Assembly: GCA_963815215.1 (NCBI GenBank)
Contig: CAWFFU010000011.1
Coordinates: 288,001-352,000 of the forward strand
Length of the DNA: 64,000 nt
Source of the DNA: an uncultured Trueperaceae bacterium
GTDB taxonomy: Bacteria; Deinococcota; Deinococci; Deinococcales; Trueperaceae
Direction of reading: 5' to 3'
The notes under the pieces: model-generated
Seen by the model: only the letters and a program-made list of their open reading frames with translations
Database searches by the model: none
Told to the model about the DNA's origin: nothing
Translations under genes and position numbers: made by a program
Part shown: one piece after another, positions 57,126 through 64,000 of the stretch
Layout of the letters: every line of letters starts with the position of its first letter
How positions within the stretch are numbered: position 1 is the first letter of the stretch

Positions 57126-58658
57126 TCAGTGTGCCCCTTCCCGCGGCGGCGCGTCCGGGACCAGCACGGCGGCGCGGTAGGCGGCGTTGCCGTCGAGTTG
57201 AGTGGCCACCCGCCCGCACAGCCCGTACAGCGGTCCGGCGAAGACCGCCAGCGACAGCAGCAACGCCACCGCCACCGCCGTCACCCCGCTCATCGCGCGC
57301 GGGATGGCGACCCGGTGGACGGCATCGGCCTCGCCCCAGAAGAACTCGCGCCAGATGCGCATGGTGGCGTAGAGCAGTAACAGCCCGGTCAGCACAGCGG
57401 CGGTCGCCACCGTCACCGGCAGCCAGGCCCCCGTCGCAAGCATCGCTCGCACCAGTGCGAACTTGCCGATGAAACCGCTGGTAGGCGGCAGCCCCGTCAG
57501 CGCCAGCGCGGCCGTGAAGTAGCCCGCACCGAGCCAGGGGTAGAGCCCCAGATGCCCGTGTTCGCGGTAGCGCGGGCCGGCGATGCGCTCCGCCAGCGCC
57601 GCCACCAGGAACAGCACGAAGATGACCGCGACCGAGTTGAGCAGGTAGTACAGCGCCGCCGTCATGCCCCCGTGCGTGCCGATGAACACGCCGGCCACCA
57701 GGTACCCGATGCTGGCGACGTTGGCGAAGGCCATGGCGTGACGCCAACGCCGGCGGGCCACGGCGCCCAGCGCGCCCACCAGCATCGTGACTCCGGCAAG
57801 GGCGAGCAGCAGCGTCGGCACGGCGTGCTCGCTCGGGAACATCAGCGTGAAGGTCCGCAGCAACGCGTACACACCCACCTTGGTCAGCACCGCGGCGAAG
57901 TAGGCGCTGACGGCCGCCGGCGGGACCGGGTAGCTGTCGGGCAGCCAGAAGCCGAGCGGGAAGACAGCCGCCTTGGTGGCGAACACCAGCGCCAGTAGCG
58001 CCGCCAGCAGGGTGATGCGCAGGTCGCCGCCGTGAGCGCTCACCCGCTCGGCGATGTCGGCCATGTTGAGACTGCCCACCAGCCCGTACACCATGCCGGC
58101 GGTGACGACGAACACAGAGGAGGCCATGAGGTTGATGACGACGTACTTGAAGCCCTCGCGCAGCTGCGGCAACTCGCCGCCCAGCAGGAGCAGGCCGTAC
58201 GACGCCAGTAGCATCACCTCGAAGGCCACGAACAGGTTGAAGAGGTCCCCGGTGAGGAAGCACATGTTCACGCCCATGAACAGGAACTGCAGCAGCGCCT
58301 GAGCGCCGAAGGCGTCGCGAGCACGGTTCAGCAGAGCGCTGTCGCCCCGCACCGGGGCGTGCTGCAGGCTCGAGCCCGCGAACACCACCGTGAGCAGGCC
58401 CAGCACGTTGGCCGCCAGCAGCAGCAGCCCCGCCAGCCCATCGGCCGCCAGCGTGATGCCGAACGGCGCCGCCCACGCCGCCATCTGCACCACCAGGACC
58501 TCACCGTGGAAAGTCCGCACGGCGATGGCGATCGACACCGCCAGGGTGGCCGCCGAAACGGCGGTCGACACCCACCGCCGCACCAGGCTGCGGCGCACCA
58601 GCAGCAGCACCGATCCCCCGAACAGCGGTAACAACACCGGCCACGCCAGCACGTTCAC
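57126..58658 (-). CDS. mrpD: Mrp Na+/H+ antiporter subunit D
   Basis: W.APFGI, FLTGDLFNLFVAFEVML.ASY, KAAVFPL.FWLP.SY, LTKVGVY, GLPP.SGFIGK; GTGA overlap with mrpC. Confidence 0.93.
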   Translation of the reverse strand: MNVLAWPVLLPLFGGSVLLLVRRSLVRRWVSTAVSAATLAVSIAIAVRTFHGEVLVVQMAAWAAPFGITLAADGLAGLLLLAANVLGLLTVVFAGSSLQHAPVRGDSALLNRARDAFGAQALLQFLFMGVNMCFLTGDLFNLFVAFEVMLLASYGLLLLGGELPQLREGFKYVVINLMASSVFVVTAGMVYGLVGSLNMADIAERVSAHGGDLRITLLAALLALVFATKAAVFPLGFWLPDSYPVPPAAVSAYFAAVLTKVGVYALLRTFTLMFPSEHAVPTLLLALAGVTMLVGALGAVARRRWRHAMAFANVASIGYLVAGVFIGTHGGMTAALYYLLNSVAVIFVLFLVAALAERIAGPRYREHGHLGLYPWLGAGYFTAALALTGLPPTSGFIGKFALVRAMLATGAWLPVTVATAAVLTGLLLLYATMRIWREFFWGEADAVHRVAIPRAMSGVTAVAVALLLSLAVFAGPLYGLCGRVATQLDGNAAYRAAVLVPDAPPREGAH

Positions 58659-59086
58659 GGGGCGCCCTCCTCGTCGACGTCGGCGGCGGTGCCGATCTCC
58701 GGCGACACCGACGGGTACTCGGGATCGGCGTAGACGATCGGGCTGCGCACCGGGTCGGGACGGTCGGCCAGCTCCTGCACGTGATCGGTGCCGGTGACCT
58801 GGTAGGCGCGAAGCGCCAGCACCAGCAGCAGCGCCGTGGTCGCGAAGCTGATGACGATAGCGGTGAGGATCAGCGCCTGCGGCAGCGGGTCGTTGTACGG
58901 CCCGGCGAGTTGCAGCAGCGGCGGTGCGTCGCGACGCTCGCCCTCGCCCGCCAACAGGATGGCGATGTTGACGCCGTAGGAGATGAAGGAGGCACCCAGG
59001 ATCAGCCGGATGAGGGCGCGCGACAGCACCAGGAACACCCCGGCTCCGATGAGCAGCGCGGCCAGCAAGGGCAACAGCAGCTCCAT
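58655..59086 (-). CDS. mrpC: Mrp Na+/H+ antiporter subunit C
   Basis: DPLPQALILTAIVISFA. Confidence 0.95.
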   Translation of the reverse strand: MELLLPLLAALLIGAGVFLVLSRALIRLILGASFISYGVNIAILLAGEGERRDAPPLLQLAGPYNDPLPQALILTAIVISFATTALLLVLALRAYQVTGTDHVQELADRPDPVRSPIVYADPEYPSVSPEIGTAADVDEEGAP

Positions 59087-59586
59087 CAGCGCTCACCCCC
59101 GTCCTGATGCCGGCCGCCCTCGGGGTCCCGGGGCGGGGTCGGCGACTTGCCGCGCTCCCTCAGCTCCGCCAGACCGCCCTCCTCGGCCAGCAGATCGATG
59201 ATGGTGACGGTGGCGCCGACCACCACCAGGAACACGCCGAAGTCGAACAGCGACGCGCTGGTCCAGTCGAAGGTACCGATGCCCGGGAGCCGCAGCGTGC
59301 CGTGATCGCTGGTCAGGAAGGGGCGTCCGGTGAGCATGGGGGCGACGCCGGTGGCCAGCGCCACCAGCAACCCCACCGGCATGAGCACGTCGCTGCGGAT
59401 GCGCAGCAGACCGCGCCGGCGGGCCATGCGCACCAGCAGCCCGGCCGCCGCCACGATCAGCCCGGCGATGAAGCCGCCGCCCGGAGCGTTGTGGCCGCGC
59501 AGGAAGAAGTTGAAGCCGAGGGCCAAGAGCGCGAACACGATCGGCGTCACCAGGGTGCGGAAGAAGATGTCGGGTCCCTTGCTCAC
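59086..59586 (-). CDS. mrpB: Mrp Na+/H+ antiporter subunit B
   Basis: RGHNAPGGGFIAGL, LFDFGVFLVVVG. Confidence 0.93.
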   Translation of the reverse strand: MSKGPDIFFRTLVTPIVFALLALGFNFFLRGHNAPGGGFIAGLIVAAAGLLVRMARRRGLLRIRSDVLMPVGLLVALATGVAPMLTGRPFLTSDHGTLRLPGIGTFDWTSASLFDFGVFLVVVGATVTIIDLLAEEGGLAELRERGKSPTPPRDPEGGRHQDGGER

Positions 59587-61913
59587 GGCCGCGCCCCCTG
59601 CGACCCGTCGCCGTCGGCCGGCGGCCCTTCGTCGGGGGGCGTCTCGCGCTCGGCCGGCTGCTGCGTCTGCAGCCGCAGCAGCGCCAGCACGCTCGACGCA
59701 GCGATGACGAGCACAGCGATCTCACCCATGGTGTCGTAGCCGCGGAAGTCGACCAGGATCGTGTTCACGACGTTGGCTCCGCCGGCCAGCGTCTTGCTGA
59801 AGCGCAGGAAGAACTCGGCGATGCGCGGAGCGATCGGCTGTTGCACCGACACCAGCAGCGTGAACACGGTGGCCCCCACCGCCACGGCGATCACGCCGTC
59901 GAGCGCCCCGAGCGCCGGTGGGCGCGTGTAGCGGCGCATCGCCGGCAGGAAGCGGAACACCGACAGGAACAGGATGACGGTGACGGTGTCGATCAGTAGC
60001 TGGGTGAGCGCCAGATCGGGCGCGTGCAGCAGCACGAAGATCAGCGTCGAGGCCACGCCGGCCAGCCCCAGGTAGATGAGGGCGGAGAGCCGCGAACGGG
60101 TCAGCAGCGTTCCGCCGATCCCGGCGATCACCAGGCCGGTGGCCAGCGCCATGTCGACCGGCACCGCCGACAGCGTCGGCAGCACCACCCTGTACCCCTG
60201 GAACGCGCCGACCGCCGCGACCGCCACGAACAGGACGCGCAGGTGGGTGGCGAACGAAGCGCCCTGGGTGGCGCGCGTGAAGGAGCCGGCGAAGCGCTCC
60301 AGGCCGGCCAGCACGCCGTAGTAGACGGTGTTGGCGTTCCACCTCGGCGTGATGGCCTCCTGCAGGCGCGTGAAGCGGTCGCGCCCGAAGTGCAGCGCCA
60401 CCCCCACGGTCCACGTCAGCAGCGACAGCGCGAGCGTCGAGGAGAAGCCGTGCCAGAGCGCCAGCGGCTCGGGGTGGAAGCCGAGGCCGGGCGCGGCGAG
60501 GTCGGTGAGGGCGGTCGCCAGCGTCCCCTGCGGGGGTACCAGCCCGAACGCCACCACCGCCACCGTCAGCGGCAGCACCGGCAGCCAGAAGGCGGCGCGG
60601 GGACGGTGCACGTCGGGAGCCTCGGCGCGGTAGGGGCCGAAGAACACCGACAGGAAGCGCAGACTGTAGGCGAAGGTCATCACACTCCCCGTCACCGCCA
60701 GGGTCGCGGCGATCCACCCTTGCTGCTGCATCGCTTCGTAGAACAGCTCCTTCGACACGAACCCGCCGAAGGGGGGCACCCCGGCCATCGACAACGCCGC
60801 AGGCACCGCCAGCAGCGCCGTGATCGGCAAGCGCCGGCCCAGCCCCGACAACGTACGGATGTCGCGGCTGCCGGTGACGTGATCGATGATCCCCACGACG
60901 AGGAACAGCGCCGCTTTGAAGGCCGCGTGGTTGACGAGGTGGGCGGTGGCGCCGAAGGGGTGGCCTGAAGCGTACATGGCGGTCAGGATGCCGAGCTGCG
61001 ACACCGTGGAGTAGGCGAGAAGCGCCTTGAGGTCGTTCTGCCGCAGCGCCAGATAGGAGCCCCAGAACATCGTCAGCAGGCCCGCGTACATGGCGACCTG
61101 CGCCAGCGTGGTGCCGTCGAGCAGGAACCCGAACTTCGCCAGCAGGAACACGCCCGCCTTGACCATGGTGGCCGAGTGCAGGAAGGCCGATACCGGCGTC
61201 GGCGCCTCCATGGCCGTGGGCAACCACAGGTGGAACGGGAGCTGCGCCGACTTGGTGAAGGCGGCCACCAGCACCAGCACCAGCGCCGGCACGAACATCG
61301 GGCTGCTCTTCAACGCCGCGACGTCGAGCCCCGAGACCGTGGAGCTGTGCCCGGCGATGCCGATGAGGGCGACCGCTACCAGCAGCGCCAGGCCTCCGAC
61401 GGCGGTCACCAGCAGCGCCTTGACCGCTCCGTCACGCGCCGCCGCACGGCTGTCCCAGAACCCCACGAGCAGGAACGAAGCGATCGAGGTGAGCTCCCAG
61501 AAGGCGAACAGAGCGATGAGGTTGTCCGACAGCACCAACCCGAGCATGGCGCCGCCGAAAGCCAGCAGGTAGCCGTAGAAGCGCCCGTGACGCTCACCGG
61601 GAACGAGGTACGAGGCGGCGTAGAGGGTGACCAGCACGCCGATCACCGCCACCATCAGGGCGAACAGCAGCGAGAAGCCGTCGGCCCGAAGCGTCAACCC
61701 CAGCCCCAGGTCCGGTACCCAGGTCAGGTTCGACGAGGCCGGCCGGCCACGGAGGGCCGGCGGCACCAAGGCGACGAGCGCCAAGGCCGGCACGAACGCC
61801 AGCCACAGCAGGTAGCCGCTGCGAGCGCGCAGGCGCGGACCCAGCAGCGGCGCCAGGCCCGCGCCCAGGAAGGGTGCGAGCACCGCCAGGGGGAGCAGGA
61901 TCGCGGCGCTCAC
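59583..61913 (-). CDS. mrpA: Mrp Na+/H+ antiporter subunit A
   Basis: FWELTS, TKSAQLPFHLWLP.AMEAPTPVSAFLHSATMVKAG, APDLALTQ, NVVN.ILVDFRGYDT.GE. Confidence 0.95.
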   Translation of the reverse strand: MSAAILLPLAVLAPFLGAGLAPLLGPRLRARSGYLLWLAFVPALALVALVPPALRGRPASSNLTWVPDLGLGLTLRADGFSLLFALMVAVIGVLVTLYAASYLVPGERHGRFYGYLLAFGGAMLGLVLSDNLIALFAFWELTSIASFLLVGFWDSRAAARDGAVKALLVTAVGGLALLVAVALIGIAGHSSTVSGLDVAALKSSPMFVPALVLVLVAAFTKSAQLPFHLWLPTAMEAPTPVSAFLHSATMVKAGVFLLAKFGFLLDGTTLAQVAMYAGLLTMFWGSYLALRQNDLKALLAYSTVSQLGILTAMYASGHPFGATAHLVNHAAFKAALFLVVGIIDHVTGSRDIRTLSGLGRRLPITALLAVPAALSMAGVPPFGGFVSKELFYEAMQQQGWIAATLAVTGSVMTFAYSLRFLSVFFGPYRAEAPDVHRPRAAFWLPVLPLTVAVVAFGLVPPQGTLATALTDLAAPGLGFHPEPLALWHGFSSTLALSLLTWTVGVALHFGRDRFTRLQEAITPRWNANTVYYGVLAGLERFAGSFTRATQGASFATHLRVLFVAVAAVGAFQGYRVVLPTLSAVPVDMALATGLVIAGIGGTLLTRSRLSALIYLGLAGVASTLIFVLLHAPDLALTQLLIDTVTVILFLSVFRFLPAMRRYTRPPALGALDGVIAVAVGATVFTLLVSVQQPIAPRIAEFFLRFSKTLAGGANVVNTILVDFRGYDTMGEIAVLVIAASSVLALLRLQTQQPAERETPPDEGPPADGDGSQGARP

Positions 61914-62005
61914 GATGGCGCGGCCCTCAGGCGCGCGCCTGGCGCCGCTCCGGGGAACGGATCACGGGAGGCGCGCCCCCGGCGCGCGTCTCTCGTCATG
62001 GTCCG

Positions 62006-63088
62006 CTACTGCCCCGTGCCGCCGCCGGAGGGTGCCGCGGTGGCGCCGGCACCCGTGGGCGCGCTCGCCTTGTTCGCGCGCATCGCATCCGACAGGGTGA
62101 TCAGGCGCTCGTAGCTGGCGAGCTGGGTGTAGTCCCCGACCTTGAGCCCGTCCACGAACAGGGTGGGCGTGCCGGTGAGGTGGAGCTGGGCCCCCGCCTC
62201 CTGATAGGCCTTGTCGATCCGCGCGCTGTAGGTGCCGTCCTTGATGCACTGGCTCACGCCGTCGGTGCTGAGTCCTGCGTCCGCGGCTATGCCGATCAGC
62301 GCCGACACCGGATCCGAAAGACCGCTCCAGCTGTCCTGGCTGGCGAAGAGCGCATCGTGATAGGTCCAGAACGACGCCGGGTCGTTGGCCGCCGTCACGC
62401 ACTCGGCCGCCTCGGCGGCGGTCATGGCGTTGGGGTGGATGGTCTTGAGCGGGAAGTAGTGGAACTCGAAGCGCACGTCGCCCTTCGCCAGCAGCTGCGC
62501 CTTGAGCTGCGGCAGCACGGTCTCGGCGAAGCGCGCACAGAACGGGCACTGGAAGTCGGAGAACTCCCGGATCACGTGCTTGGCGTCGGCCGGCCCGATG
62601 CTGTGCGCAGCCGGTGGGAAGGTGGCGGGATCGACCGTCTGCGGCTTGAGCGTGAAGTCGAGGTGGTACGAGGGGGCGTCGCCGGTGACGGTGAGGTTCA
62701 GCTCGAACTCCTCCACGCCGATGGACGTGGGCCCCTTGCCGGCGAGGTCACTCAGCCGCGTGCGGAAGAACTGCGCCGCAGGCGTGGCGATGCCCTGGCC
62801 GTACCCGGTCGCGGCACCGATCAGATCGGCGGCGAAGCGCACGTTGGCGTCGTTCATGACCCCGCTCCCGCTGACGGCCAGGGCGATGTCCGAGGCGCTC
62901 TCGACCTGGAAGTCGAAGCTGGAGGCCGCGGTGAACCCTCCCGCCGTGGCGGCCGGCTGGTAGCTCTTGAGCGCGTCGATGATGGTGGAGGGACGTTCGC
63001 CGATCGACGCAGCAGCGGTGGGCAGCAGTGCCCCGAGCGCGATGAGAGCCAGCAGCAACATCCGATGGAGGCGGGGCCGTGCGGTCAT
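62006..63088 (-). CDS. DsbA/thioredoxin-like protein with extra N-terminal domain
   Basis: Signal peptide; G..DA....EFSDFQCPFC, HYFPL..IHP.A..AA.AAEC, GTPT. Confidence 0.88.
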   Translation of the reverse strand: MTARPRLHRMLLLALIALGALLPTAAASIGERPSTIIDALKSYQPAATAGGFTAASSFDFQVESASDIALAVSGSGVMNDANVRFAADLIGAATGYGQGIATPAAQFFRTRLSDLAGKGPTSIGVEEFELNLTVTGDAPSYHLDFTLKPQTVDPATFPPAAHSIGPADAKHVIREFSDFQCPFCARFAETVLPQLKAQLLAKGDVRFEFHYFPLKTIHPNAMTAAEAAECVTAANDPASFWTYHDALFASQDSWSGLSDPVSALIGIAADAGLSTDGVSQCIKDGTYSARIDKAYQEAGAQLHLTGTPTLFVDGLKVGDYTQLASYERLITLSDAMRANKASAPTGAGATAAPSGGGTGQ

Positions 63089-63513
63089 GAAGTCATCTCC
63101 TTCACGCCCCCGCCCTGGTCGGGCGGCGGGTCGTCGGTGAGCGGTAGGCGGCGGGCCCGAGTGACGCTCAGCAGCGCATCCACCGGCACGCGCAGCAGCA
63201 CGTCGTGCTCGCCTCCGCCACCGTAGACCACGCCGCTCTCGGGAACGCTCAGGCTATCGACCAGGGTGGGAAGTGGCGCGCGGTGGCCGAACGGCGGCAT
63301 CGAGCCGACAGCGTAGCCCGTGATGGCGCGCGTCCGTTCCGGCGAAGCGAGGCGCACGGAACGACGGCCGACGCCCAGCGCACGCGCCAGGGCGCGCGCC
63401 GCATCGGGCACGGTCGGGGTCGGCACACCCGGGTGGACCAGCTCCGCCGCCAGCTCGTGGTCGCGCAGGAAGGCCGCCAGGTCATGCTCGCTCAAGGACG
63501 TCGCACTCGGCAT
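63085..63513 (-). CDS. YbaK/EbsC aminoacyl-tRNA deacylase family protein, apparently with an internal in-frame deletion (possible pseudogene)
   Basis: TPTV.DAARAL joined directly to ARALGV...V.LA; TGY.VGS.PPFGH and VYGGGG present; the usual IVKSL core is absent. Confidence 0.7.
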   Translation of the reverse strand: MPSATSLSEHDLAAFLRDHELAAELVHPGVPTPTVPDAARALARALGVGRRSVRLASPERTRAITGYAVGSMPPFGHRAPLPTLVDSLSVPESGVVYGGGGEHDVLLRVPVDALLSVTRARRLPLTDDPPPDQGGGVKEMTS

Positions 63514-63589
63514 GACGCCCAGTGTAGCCCCCCGTCGGGAGGCGCTCAAGGAAGCTCGTCCCGGCGGTACAGGACCCGGCCGCGCGCCG

Positions 63590-64000
63590 CTACCCCAACC
63601 GGTAGAGCGCTGCGTACTTGCGGCGCAGGTAGGCGAGGTAGGGGGCGGCGTCGAGATCCGATCCGGTGGCACGCTTCAGCAGATCGGCGGGCAGGTAACG
63701 CGCTCCGTGCCGATGGACGTTCTCCCGCAACCAGCCGAGCAGGGTGGCGAAGCGCCCGCCACGGATCTCGCTCGGCAGATCCGGATGGGCGGCGATCGCG
63801 GCCTCGAAGAGCTGCACGCTCATCAGGTTCCCGAGCGTGTAGGTCGGGAAGTAGCCGAACAGGCCGATCGACCAGTGCACGTCCTGCAGCACGCCGAGCG
63901 CATCGTTCGGCGGCGTGATGCCGAGGGCGTCGGTCATGAAGTCGTTCCAGGCGGCGGGCAGGTCGCGCACCGCCAGGTCGCCGCCGATGAGGCCCATCTC
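63590..64000 (-). CDS. Carboxypeptidase Taq (M32), C-terminal part
   Basis: DLP.AWN, GVLQDVHWS.G.FGYFPTYTLGN, WLRE.VH.HG, ATG..L...Y..YL..KY. Confidence 0.93.
   Translation of the reverse strand, partial: EMGLIGGDLAVRDLPAAWNDFMTDALGITPPNDALGVLQDVHWSIGLFGYFPTYTLGNLMSVQLFEAAIAAHPDLPSEIRGGRFATLLGWLRENVHRHGARYLPADLLKRATGSDLDAAPYLAYLRRKYAALYRLG

Overview
High-GC bacterial chromosome segment, most consistent with Deinococcota (Trueperaceae-like). The lineage call rests on a LitR/CarH-LdrP pair, Deinococcus-type NrdJ, PilD and 3D-domain proteins, and TAnnnT-N5-8-start leaderless promoters throughout. Most of the window is core housekeeping: tgt (partial), recX, three tRNAs, nrdJ, purH, ffh-rpsP-khpA-rimM-trmD, argFCJ, lpdA, leuS, maf-mreC, rpiA-acpS, rnhA, mrpABCDEFG and a partial carboxypeptidase Taq. 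I see no CRISPR array, transposase or prophage. The standout is at 0.38-5.4 kb: two tandem c-di-GMP-II riboswitch aptamers lead a GH26 lipoprotein hydrolase. That gene converges on a processive GT2 synthase fused to a lytic-transglycosylase (SLT-like) domain, which is divergent from a 3D-domain cell-wall enzyme. Together these look like a candidate c-di-GMP-controlled exopolysaccharide system with its own peptidoglycan-opening activity. Other notable items: a promoter/mini-ORF/terminator unit upstream of leuS, four NrdR boxes in two 31-bp pairs (one inside a perfect inverted repeat), a CarH-LdrP photoregulator pair with no adjacent crt genes, a standalone dsRBD protein, and two deletion-damaged genes. 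All calls come from reading motifs by eye; no database searches were run.
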